From positions 1 to 64,000 of the forward strand of contig JAXLNO010000267.1 in the NCBI GenBank assembly GCA_038087875.1: a DNA stretch of 64,000 nucleotides, read 5' to 3'. This stretch comes from Malacoraja senta. Taxonomy: Eukaryota. How positions within the stretch are numbered: the first letter of the stretch is position 1; each line of letters begins with the position of its first letter. Positions 51,830 through 64,000 of this stretch are shown in pieces. Both the position numbers and the translations under genes were made by a program. The notes beneath the pieces are model-generated. The model searched no databases, had not been told where the DNA came from, and saw only the letters and a list, made by a program, of their open reading frames with translations.

Positions 51830-53303
51830 CTGCAAAGAGATTCAAACAACATCTATTAATCAATATACATTGATTGAATGCCTTCCGTGCAACTCCAGTC
51901 AGCATTCCACAGCAGGTTATCAAAGTATTTACATTTACCCCAAAGCCATGTATTTTTCTGGTAAATTCTCCAATTCTTCAGAACTGTCTATTGAATACCA
52001 ACAAAATGGGAACACAAGTTGCTTTACAGCTTCCCTCAAGTGGGGAACTTGTTCACTTGTTTTAAAAAACATTTATTGTGCAACTATCTTCAATTTATTG
52101 TGGAATGATATAATTTAAAGTATTGCTTTATAAAACAAAATCAAAACTGTTAAAGGTGACACATGACTTGAGAATGGCATTTAAGAGGGGGCACTCAGTA
52201 ACTGGTAACATTACTACTGGAGGTCACCTTCTTCAAACAACACAATTACGTTGGGAATTAAGGCAAATCCTAGACTACAATTAGAAGAATTGTCACAAGT
52301 TTCTAATGAGATGTGCAAGTGCCAATAGAGTGGCAATGTCATGTACATTTTGTTTCTAAAATAGCCAATCCATGCCAGTTTAGTATCTTTGGTTGGCAAG
52401 CTTGTAAATTTTTGAAACAAGAACAATTATCTTTGTCCTTTATATTCCAGAAAATCTGCAATTTTATTCTGCAAAAGACACAATACGTACTGTTCACTAT
52501 AGCCTTAGCAGAGTTTGCTCTATTGCTCTAGTTGCATGTGGCTATTTTTGTAAAATTACAAGCAACACATTCTCTAGCTAGACACAAAAAGCTGGAGTAA
52601 CTCAGCTGCACAGACAGCATTTCTGGAGAGAAGGAATGGGTGACATTTCTAGTTGAGATCCTTCTTCAGACACAATATGTGACATTTGGGGTCGAGACCC
52701 TTCACAGCTTTCAGATATGTCGCACTTATCTAAGTGATCCAAATCCCTTTGCTACTGGGCATCTTTAGCTTCTATTCCAATTGCTTAGTTTTAATTTGAG
52801 ATCCAATAAAACCAATCCCCTTTGCTAATTCCGCAGGGTTCAACATCATTTATCTTCACACAACATAACATTTATAAGCACTTCATCTATCAAATGTTTA
52901 CCGCTAATTCGGATCAGATTTTAAAAAAATTGTCGCCAATAGAGAGTAATGTTCTGAACATTAAGGTGACATTAAGCAAATGCGAATTGGAGACTAAAGT
53001 GCAGATGTTGGAAAGCGAAGCAAAAACTGCTGGAAGAACTAATCAGGTCAAAGCAAATTGCTTTGGCGAGTTACATTTATGTAACTATGTTCATAAAGAA
53101 AATGAAAATTGTCATACCTGCCATTATAATAGCAGCCAAATCTAAATCTGTTAAATTATTCTCCCAAATCCAGTCAATAACTATTTAATTGTACTTCAAT
53201 ATTTTCACAAGCACAACTTTGAAATGAAAATCTTCTCCAGCAATTGAATGTGTTTTGTAAGTGACCGATGCAATTTTTTTCACTCAATAAACCATAATAC
53301 TTA

Positions 53304-53417
<114 letters not shown>

Positions 53418-55039
53418 TTAACACATAGGAAACTATCAAAGATTTGATTAATTTTTCCAAGCCATTGGGTAACTACAGAAGAGTGGTATTTTAGGAAGAG
53501 CAGTATTTTTTGACAAATTAGGGTGGTAGCTAGAATTACCAGAATAGGAAATGGATCCCTGAATGTGTGAACATTATTCACCCACACAGCAGCAGGGGAA
53601 TTTAAATCCAAAAATTGGAATTCAATAATGACAAAGAATTATGGGGGGTTTTATGACAATCAACATTTTAGGGAGAAAATACTGCTCTCCCTGTCCAGCC
53701 TGGACTATATGCAACACACTAATGTAAACATCTCCAACTGCCCTCGCAAATTCCCTTCGACCAAATCAGATCATTAATGTGCCTTTGGTGTTCAAACACC
53801 ATAAAAACCTCTTTAGGCAAATTGCCAGTTAATTATTTGCAGAAAAAGATTGAACGGGATCAAACGTATTCTTTGTATTACAATGATGTTAAGTTTTCAA
53901 AACAGTTTTAAAACTTAACTTCTCAAAATCATTTTCCCCTCTTCAAATGACAGCTACAAATACTTTTAAAAACTGTAAATCAAGTCTACATTATCTTCAT
54001 TGCAGCATTAACCATGTGCACCAAATCGCTAACTTAATGCAAATAAAAAAAGATTTTAAAGTACCGTCAGATCTAAGAGCACGCAATCTTAAATTTCTGC
54101 TCAGCCCAGAGGTTTTCCCAATACTCAGCAGCATCAATCAACCTTTATCACCTGTTTGGCAATTTGCTAGTCACAAGAATAATGTATTTTTACGCTATAC
54201 ATGATATTACTTTTAAATATTCTATTAAAGAATGCAATTTTGAATTACACCTTGTTCTGTGTATTCATTCATGCCACTCATGGGTATTTCCAACAACCAA
54301 CAAATATCTCCCGCAGCAAGAAATCTGCAAATACACTTTCATCTGGAGTTTGCTTTCTGCCTGTCTATAACTATTCCAAATGGGGTGGAGGTTATATTAA
54401 GAATTGTTAATACTATGGTTGTGGAAACACGGCCAGAGGCCTTTATCGAGACGCCGTGGTCTCAATCGCCGCGTAGAAGCCCGGGTCAGGGCCCAGCCGG
54501 GGCCTCACGGGTCGGAGTCTGGCTGGGGCCCGGGTTAGCACCACGGAGGCATGAAGTGGGGCGTCGACAGCGGCTAGGCATCGGCGGCGGTGAAGCCTTG
54601 CGACGATGGGGCCTCGTGGGTCGATGAGCGTGGAAGACCACCGTGAGCGGGTGAGGGCAACAACAATGGAGGACCGCCGTGAGGGAGGTGGGGGGAGAAC
54701 AAAGGACAATGGGGACCCAGCGTGGGGGAAAGCTATGAGGGGGAAGGGGAGGGGGGGGAGAACAAAAGGAGGAGCCGGTGTGCTTTGCAACTATGTCAGT
54801 AACACAGATCTTGCAATCACATGAATATTTGATTGAACCATTGGTAATGATATTGAAAACATTGAATTAGCAACATCATTATTTAACAATATTTAAAAAA
54901 AATAATGGCTACAGGACCATAATAATAGTATTTTTGAGCAAGATTTAATGAAAAACGGACTAAATTTATGGACTGTAAATCCCCGAGGTCATAAAACCCT
55001 GCATCAACCACAGGAAGCTCATGATAAAATAGGCCGAAG

Positions 55040-56150
55040 TTAGCTTAATTTTGTGAAGGAGAGATCTTGCCTGATGAACCTGTTGGAATTCTTAGAGGAA
55101 GTAAATAACAGGATAGGCAAAGTCAGAGGATGTTATCTACCTAGATTTTCGGAAGGCCTTTTATGTTGCCACACACGAGGCTGCTATGGGTGAGAGCCCA
55201 TGGTATCAGAGGGAAGATGCTAGTATGGATAGCAGGTTGGCTGAATGGCAGAAGGCAAAGAGTGGCAATAAAGGTGGCTTTTTCTGGTTGGCTGCCAGTA
55301 ACCAGCGGAGTTCCGCAGAAGTCGTGGCAGAGGCCATTACTCTTCATGTTGTATATTAATGATTTGGATGAGGTAATTGAAGGCTTTGTGGCCAAGTTTG
55401 CAGATGATACGAAGATAGGTAGTGTCGAGAAAGCAGGATCCCTGGTTGAAGGCCGACTTCGGGAGCTCCAAGACGCGGGGGCTGCGACTGCCCCGACACG
55501 GGGGCTGCGATCGCCCCGATGCGGGTAGTAAGGAAGGCAAATGACCATAATTTTGAGAGGACTAGAATATAAAAACAGGGATCTAATGCTGAGGCTTTAT
55601 AAGGCAATGATCAGGCCGCATTTGGAGTATTGTGAACAGTTTTGGGTCACATATCGGAGCTAGCAATGGAGAGGGTCCAGAGGAGGTTTTACAAGAATGA
55701 TCCCAAGGATGATTGGGTTAACCTATGATGAGCGTTTGACAGCACTAGGCCTGTACTCACTGGAGTTTGGAAGGATGAGGGGGGAACCTCATTGAAACTC
55801 ACCAAATAGTGAAAGGCCTGGATAGAGTGGATGTGGAGAGGATGTTTCCACTACCTGGGAGAGTCTAGGACCAGAGGCCATTGCCTCATAATAAAAGGAC
55901 GCACCTTTAGAAAGGAGATGGAGGAATTTCTTTAGTCAGAGCGTGGTGAATCTGTGGAATTAATTGCCACGAGCCTGTGGAGGCCAAGTCAAAGGATATT
56001 TTTAAGGTGGAGATTGATAGATTCTTGATTAGTACGGGTGTCTGGGGTTATGGGGAGAAGGCAGGAGAATGGGGTTGGGAGGAAAAGATAGATCAGCCAT
56101 GATTGAATGGCAAAGTAGACTGAATTGCCTAATTCTGCTTCTATAACTTA
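55040..56150 (+). mobile_element. CR1 fragment in a SEC61G intron
   Basis: HGIRGK..VTSGVPQ..FADDTKIG and CR1 3' UTR. Confidence 0.85.
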
Positions 56151-56684
56151 TGAGCTTAACAATTCCAGCTATTTTTCGTCTTTCCACGTATAATTTGTCT
56201 TCAAAAAGTGTACAGTCTCTTCAGACAAGGCAAATCGTCAGTGACATATAACGGAGAACTCAAAAATAAAATCCTCAGAGTTAGTCCCTCGTCACTTCAT
56301 CCCCCCCCCAAAAAAACCTCCCAATCTCCATAATTTCTTCCTGTTTCTAAACAGCTGAAAATCTATAATTTCACACTGAAGGGTCCCTACCTGAAATGTC
56401 ACCTATCCACGATCATCAGATGCGATTCGCTACCTGACAAAAGTGATACTCCAGCACTTTGTCTCTTTCCTTTACTTCAAAACCCTTCTATGGAACACTA
56501 GGTTCCTTTGACAGGTTTTTCAGTTTTTACATTACACAATGAACATCTAAACCACCTATGAACGAAGAACCAGTGACAGACTGGACCTTTAACCACCCCG
56601 ATGATACTAACTAATAAGAAAAATTGGAATCTCCCCCCCCCCCCCCCAATCAAGAACTTTGCCTCACACTTTGTCTTCAGATCA

Positions 56685-56825
<141 letters not shown>

Positions 56826-57271
56826 TTAGGCAAGCAAAAAGAAATGTGCCTTGATGCAGAATACTTTAATCTTTACAAAATCACATTCAGATATTATTTA
56901 TGATAAGTGCCTTCAACAATTCTGAAACCCAGTTACACTTGACCTGGCAATGTGTGGCAAAGCCAGTTACGCACCATATGCAATTAAGACTTTGACCTTG
57001 GGTCGTAGGAAGCAAAGATGGCAAATCAGAAATAAATACCAAATCCGTGTGACCAGACTCAACTAGACCAATGGGCCGCAGCCTGCAGGGGAAGCTGCCG
57101 GGCTAGACATATCGAAATGCAGGAGGATAAAATGGGTTAGGGTAGGATTAGAGCAATGGGTACTTGACAGTCAAAATGGACTTGATTGTCCAGAGGGCTG
57201 GTGTCCATGCCCTATCTGTCCATGGTGTATCTTTCCTTGATGTTCCTCTCTAACAACCCAGATCCTACCAT

Positions 57272-57686
57272 TTAGTTTAGAAGGATGAGGGGTTATCTCA
57301 TAGAAACATATAAAATTATAAAAGGACTGGACAAGCTAGATGCAGGAAAAATGTTCCCAATGTTGGGCGAGTCCAGAACCAGGGGCCACAGTCTTAGAAT
57401 AAAGGGGAGGTCATTTAAGACTGAGGTGAGAATAAACGTTTTCACCCAGAGAGTTGTGAATTTATGGAATTCCCTGCCACAGAGGGCAGTGGAGGCCAAA
57501 TCACTGGATGGATTTAAGAGAGAGTTAGATAGAGCTCAAGGGGCTAGTGGAGTCAAGGGATATGGGGAGAAGGCAGGCACGGGTTATTGATAGGGAACGA
57601 TCAGCCATGATCACAATGAATGGGGGTGCTGGCTCGAAGGGCCGAATGGCCTCCTCCTGCACCTATTTTCTATGTCTATGTTTCTA
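57272..57686 (+). mobile_element. CR1 3' end
   Basis: RGYLIETYKII...GYGEKAGTGY plus tail. Confidence 0.9.
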
Positions 57687-58138
57687 TTCCCCCCCACACA
57701 TTTGGGGCAATTTACCAACCAGCCCATACAGCTTTGGAACGTGGAAGGAAACCAGAACACCTGGAGGAAACCCACATGGTCATAAGTTCTCCCAAAATGA
57801 ATGAGTCTTTAAAACTCCTTGCCTCAGAAAGCTTTGGAGGCTGAATTCTCAAATATATATCAAGGCCAAGATAGATTTCTTCAAGTAGTAGAATCATAGA
57901 GTTGGTGAAAATTTACCCCTTAGTCACCACTTCTGTTAAACGAGTTTATCCATTCTTTCCACACTGCTGAAATGTTCATGTTGATCACATCCTTTAAATA
58001 TCAACCTCTCCAAAGCAATGGGGTTACTCGAAAGGTGGTGGGTAGAATGCTATAAAGTGCTCAAGCCAATTAGCAATGTATTCATCTCCAGCATAATCTC
58101 TTTGCTTTTAGTCAGTAATTAGAGCAAAGTGTTTGTAA

Positions 58139-58905
58139 AGGGCCTGTCCCACTTACGCGACTTTTCAGCAAACTGTCTGCTACTTTCAAGCTCGGGGGCA
58201 TTCGCATGAAAAACCGCGAGCTGGATCGACCGGCAGCGCTGCACACACAAACACACACACATATATAAACACATCGCAAAGGCGGGGGTCAGGGAAAGCG
58301 GGGGAGCGCTGTCTGAAATTCACACGGTGCAAAGCCAAGTTGATACCCGCGATGAACAGGAAGGTTAAAGACGGCTGGCACAGTGAGTCCTATAAAAGAG
58401 CGGGGGGGGAGGGGAGAAGGGGAGAGAAGGGGGGAGGGGGGAGAAAGGAGTGGAGACACTTTTAAGAAGCCAGACAACGTTTAATAAGCCAGAGATACAC
58501 AGCTGTGAAGTTTAGCGGGCATTTAACATTACCGGTCGGTTTTCCTTGGTTCTGAAAACTCGCGCATACTTTTTTTTCCCCCAGTGAGCCAATTAAAATG
58601 CCCGGTCAGCAAAGGAGATTACCTACGGCTACCTCGACTACCTACAACGACATGGCGACCCCATCTACCGCTGCACTACGAGTTCAAAATTATCGATTTT
58701 CTCTATGCCGACCAATTTTTGCTCGCAGAATATTTTTCAGCTTGTTGAAAAATTTTCCTCGACTAAACTGAGGCCGCGAGTTTTAACCACTATGCGGGAA
58801 CTCCTCTCGACCATGAAGGAGACTTACCAGTGACCACCTACGACCATGCTGCGAGCTTGTGGTGAGCACAAACTCTCCTAAACTCGCCATAGTGGGACAG
58901 ACGCC
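58139..58905. mobile_element. PIF/Harbinger-type MITE
   Basis: Imperfect TIRs AGGGCCTGTCCCACT and AGTGGGACAGACGCC, with TAA on both sides. Confidence 0.75.
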
Positions 58906-58959
58906 TAACCACTTCAGTGACCTTCAGGATCTGTGCACTCTCAAACATCTACAATCAAG

Positions 58960-60160
58960 ACACCTCACTATTCAGTAACTTTGATAGCCCATTGCCTCAT
59001 CATTACCATGGATGTTCAGTCTCTTTACACATTCATCCCCGACTACTAAGGTCTAAAGGCCCTCCGCTCTTCCACGAACAAAGACCCAATCAATTTCCTT
59101 CTACTAACACTCTCCTCTGCCTGGCAGAACTTGCCCTCACCTTTAACATATTCTGTTTTGAGTCCTCTCACTTTCTCCAAGTTAAAGGTATAGCCATGGG
59201 TACTCACATGGGCCCAAGCTATGCCTGCCTTTTTGTCGGTTACGCCAAACTGCTCTTGCTTCAGGCATACACACAAATCTACTCCCCAATTTTCTCTGCT
59301 ACAACAACAACTGCACCCCTGCCAAACTCGTGTATTTCATTAATTTTACCAATAACCCACCCTGTCTTCAAATTTACCTGGACTATCTCTGACACCATTC
59401 TCCTTTTTCTTGATCTCACTGTATCACAGGGGACAGACTATGGACTGACGTCTACCATAAACCCACCGACTCCCAGTTATCTGGAATAACTTCCTCCCTG
59501 TCTCTGGCAAAGAAGCCATTCTCTACTCTCAATTCCTCCACCGCATCTGCTTCCAGGATGTCCCCTTTGTATAGTAAACGTGGTATGCCCTCCCCCCCCT
59601 TCTGTCATAGATGGATTCCTCAACCACGTCTGCTTTGTGTCCTGTAGTTCTGCTCTCGCTACCCCCAGACTGAACAAGGATAGAGTTGCCCTGGGCCTCA
59701 CCTCTCACTCCACCAGCCTCTGTATCCAATACATCCGACATTTCCATCACTTCCAACATTATCTGACCATCAGTCACATCTTCCCATCTCCACCCATTTC
59801 CGCCTTCTGTAAAGTGCGCTCACTCCGTAAATCCTTAGTTCACTCATCCCTTCCCACCCAAATCACACCCTCGCCAGTTAACACTTATCCCTAAATTTCC
59901 TCCCTCACCCCAACTAGATGAGACAGGTTCACATGCATCTAGTCATCCACTTGAACCAGTGTTCTTGATGTGGCCTCTTGTACAACTCCAAGGCCAAGCA
60001 CAGACTTGGCAACTGTTTTCCTGAACACTTGCACTGCATCTGCCAGGGTCTACAGGATGCTAACCATTATAACTCCCCTTCCCTGGGCCTCCTAGAGGAA
60101 GAACTGGAGGAATAACACCTCACATTCCACTCGGGTTGCAAAGATATGATTATTGACACC
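58960..60160 (+). mobile_element. Decayed Penelope-like RT and GIY-YIG
   Basis: MDVQSLYT, FLQVKGIAMGTHMGPSYACLFVG, FTWTIS..FLDL. Confidence 0.82.
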
Positions 60161-60582
60161 ATTTACTGTATTCCCATGCATTCCTACTTTCCCCAGAAGC
60201 ACTACCTCACATTTGACTGGACTATATTCTATTATTCACTTTTCCGCCCTAATGACATTGCAGCCAAATCTTCCTGCAGTATAAATCTTTCATCCCCAGC
60301 ACCAACCACATTGCCAATTTGTATCTCACTTGCAAGTCTTTATCATGCACCCTGCATTTAAGTCTAAATTAGCAAACATCCCAAAATAGGCCTGAATATG
60401 GAACCACATGAAACCCACGTGTACAACCTTCTAGCCATAACAACATCTGTCAACCGTTACCATGTGCTACCCAAATTAAATCATGACGTTGTCCAAATTG
60501 CAGCATCTGCAACACCAGGCCTCCACCATAATGGGTCAAATCATTTCGTCAACCAACATCATGCTTCAGTCAACATGCTTCG

Positions 60583-61272
60583 TCATTGAAAGTAGGCATG
60601 CAGCTGCAGCAGGCAGTGAAGAAAGCGAATGGTATGTTAGCATTCATAGCAAAAGGATTTGAGTATAGGAGCAGGGACGTTCTACTGCAGTTGTACAGGG
60701 TCTTGGTGAGACCACACCTGGAGTATTGCGTACAGTTTTGGTCTCCAAATCGGAGGAAAGACATTCTTGCCATAGAGGGAGTACAGAGAAGGTTCACCAG
60801 ACTGATCCCTGGGATGTCAGGACTTTCATATGAAGAAAGACTGGATAGACTCGGCTTGTACTCGCTAGAATTTAGAAGATTGAGGGGGGTTCTTATAGAA
60901 ACTTACAAAATTCTTAAGGGGTTGGACAGGCTAGATGCAGGAAGATTGTTCCCGATGTTGGGGAAGTCCAGGACAAGGGGTCACAGTTTAAGGATAAAGG
61001 AGAAATCCTTTAGGACCGAGATGAGAAAACATTTTTCACACAGAGAGTGGTGAATCTCTGGTACTCTCTGCCAGAGAAGGTAGTTGAGGCCAGTTCATTG
61101 GCTATATTTAAGAGGGAGTTAGATGTGGCCATTGTGGCTTAAGGGATCAGGGGGTATGGAGAGAAGGCATGTACAGGATACTGAGTTGGATGATCAGCCG
61201 TGATCATATTGAATGGCGGTGCAGGCTCGAAGGGCCGAATGGCCTACTCCTGCACCTATTTTCTATGTTTCT
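60583..61272 (+). mobile_element. Young CR1 3' fragment
   Basis: Nearly identical to the 3' half of 9512-10847. Confidence 0.92.
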
Positions 61273-61574
61273 AACAAACACCAGGCCATTGTATCCCAAA
61301 CCAGATCTCATCATGTCCGGCAATCTCCCCTTCCCAGCCTTCAACTTGACTTTCCGAACCCCGCACTGCTCAAATTTTACATCCAAACAAGACCCACAGT
61401 TGGGATTGCCCTGGCATGCCCATTGTTTCTGCTTCCTTGCTTGTCTCATTCCTTGATCTATCTTGTTCCACCACCCACTCCCCCCCAACATAATGCAACC
61501 CCTTCCCACCTGCCTCAAATTTTCTCCACCACTTTAACAACTTCCACTTCCTCCTCCTCCTCCTCAGTCATATG

Positions 61575-63330
61575 TGTACAGGGAATACAGTAGGGGGCTG
61601 AGGACACAACCCTGGGGGGGATCCTGTGTTCAGGATGAGGGGGTTGGAGGTATGCCTCCCATCTTGACCACCTGGGGCCTGGCGGTGAGAAAGTCCAGGA
61701 CCCAGGCACACAGGGGAGTGTTCAATCCCAGTTTCAGCAGCTTCTAAGCAAGTCTGTAGGGACTATGGTGTTGAAAGCAGAACTGAAATCAATGAACAGC
61801 ATCCTCACATAGCACCCCTTCTGGCTGTCAAGGTGAGAGAGAGTGGTGTGCAAAACCTGGGAGACAGCATCTCCGTGGATCTGGACGATATGCGAACTGC
61901 AGTGGGTTGGACGGGAGAACCAGTGGATGTGTTGTATCTGGACTTTCAGAAGGCTTTCGACAAGGTACCACATAAGAGATTAGGATACAAACTTAAATCA
62001 CACGGTATTGGGGGTTCAGTATTGATGTGGATAGAGAACTGGCTGGCAAACAGGAAGCAAAGAGTAGGAGTAAACGGGTCCTTTTCACAATGGCAGGCAG
62101 TGACTAGTGGGGTACCGCAAGGCTCAGTGCTGGGACCCCAGCTATTTACAATTTATATTAATGATCTGGATGAGGGAATTGAAAGCAACATCTCCAAGTT
62201 TGCGGATGACACTAAGTTGGGGGGCAGTGTTAGCTGTGAGGAGGATGCTAGGAGACTGCAAGGTGACTTGGATAGGCTGGGTGAGTGGGCAAATGTTTGG
62301 CAGATGCAGTATAATGTGGATAAATGTGAGGTTATCCACTTTGGTGGCAAAAACAGGAAGGCAGACTATTATCTAAATGGTGGCCGATTAGGAAATGGGG
62401 AGATGCAGCGAGACCTGGGTGTCATGGTACACCAGTCATTGAAAGTAGGCATGCAGGTGCAGCAGGGAGTGAAGAAAGCGAATGGTATGTTGGCCTTCAT
62501 AGCAAGAGGATTTGAGTATAGGAGCAGGGAGGTTCTACTGCAGTTGTACAGGGTCTTGGTGAGACCACACCTGGAGTATTGCGTACAGTTTTGGTCTCCA
62601 AATCTGAGGAAGGACATTATAGCCATAGAGGGAGTGCAGAGAAGGTTCACCAGACTGATTCCTGGGATGTCAGGACTTTCATATGAAGAAAGACTGGATA
62701 GACTTGGCTTATACTCGCTAGAATTTAGGAGATTGAGAGGGGATCTTATAGAAACGTACAAAATTCTTATGGGGTTGGACAGGCTAGATGCAGGAAGATT
62801 GTTCCCGATGTTGGGGAAGTCCAGGACAAGGGGTCACAGCTTAAGGATAAGGGGGAAATCCTTTAAGACCGAGATGAGGAAAAACTTTTTCACACAGAGT
62901 GGTGAATCTCTGGAACTCTCTGCCAGAGGGTAGTTGAGGCCAGTTCATTGGCTATATTTAAGAGGGAGTTAGATGTGGCCCTTGTGGCTAAGGGGATCAG
63001 GGGGTATGGAGAGAAGGCAGGTACGGAATACTGAGTTGGATGATCAGCCATGATCATATTGAATGGCGGTGCAGGCTCAAAGGGCCGAATGGCCTACTAC
63101 TGCACCTATTTTCTATGTATCTATGTGAGGGAGGAAGGCGCAGATGTAGTTTTTGATCAGCCTCTCGCAGCATTTCATGACCACCGAGGTGAGGGCCACC
63201 GTTTGGTAGTCATTCGAGCAGGCTGGAGAGGCATTCTTAGACACTGGTACAATGGTGGATCTCTTGAAGCAGGCAGGGACCACCGACTTGGCCGGGGAGA
63301 GGTTGAATATTGTGGTGAACACTGTACCAT
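61575..63330 (-). mobile_element. Rex1/Babar LINE RT fragment, split by CR1
   Basis: VVPACFKRSTIVPV..DY..VALTSVVMKC at 63127-63330 and [23 protein letters not shown] at 61575-61907. Confidence 0.82.
61908..63126 (+). mobile_element. Young CR1 inserted into a Rex1 fragment
   Basis: RT ORF nearly identical to the copy at 9512-10847. Confidence 0.93.
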
Positions 63331-64000
63331 GGCACTAATCCCCAATTTGTCCATGACATTGCCAGCTGCTTTGGGGATGCCTCCTGCAACCATTTAGAAC
63401 CCACCAATATCATCAACTTCACCGCCAACCCCTCAAGATCTTATACCTCTCTCCCCTTGATCCACCTCAAGTGTTACTATGCAGTCAACTGCTACAAACT
63501 CACTAACCCCACAGACTACATCTTTTCAAACCCTTTCTCCTGCAAGGATGCCATCCCTATTTCATAACTGTTCCATTTCTACGGCAACTCCCCTCATGAT
63601 CAGACTTTCCACTCTCGCATCCGAGATATGGTTTCTCCCATCCCAGTTATGGAGGGCACACTTACCCAAGTCACCACTGATCCCAGCATTTCTGCTCACA
63701 CCCACTACCCTTTCTCCCAGTCAGAATATGTTTAGCTGGCCCTCACCTTTCACCTTTCTCTGACATTTCCACCACTTTCAACTTGGTTCTCTCACATTTC
63801 CCCATCTCCATCACTGTATGCCTTCCACAACTTCAGGTTCACTCACCCCTCCACCCTTCCTTCCCCGTCCCTCCACCCTTCCTTCCCCGTTCCTCCTCCC
63901 TCTCTCTCTCGCCATTCCTCCTTCCCCATCAGGAATTCCCCAGGCCCTGCCATTCTTCCCAAAACAGAGACCCAGCCTCCTCCCCCGCCCTCTTCCCTGT

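Overview
Vertebrate genomic DNA, AT-rich and about 60-70% interspersed repeats by eye. The CR1, V-SINE and Penelope repertoire suggests a cartilaginous fish such as a skate or ray (inference). Two host genes converge near 51.7 kb. The last coding exon of TPK1 (+, 51526-51653) implies that bases 1-51525 are probably its last intron. All three coding exons of SEC61G (-, 68 aa) are present, and the two stop codons are only 166 bp apart. The rest is transposon-derived: many CR1 LINEs (some very young), L1, Penelope with hammerhead motifs, Rex1, Helitrons, hAT, Harbinger and V-SINEs. Notable structures: (1) a five-level nest at 6.1-16.6 kb (CR1 < Tc1 < 5'-inverted L1 < DIRS < CR1); (2) an isolated GC-rich TLR7 fragment held between inverted arms at 29.4-31.4 kb, a possible transposon-mediated gene capture; (3) a 2.2-kb solo LTR with a decayed repeat-rich antisense ORF. 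Everything was read by eye; no searches were run.
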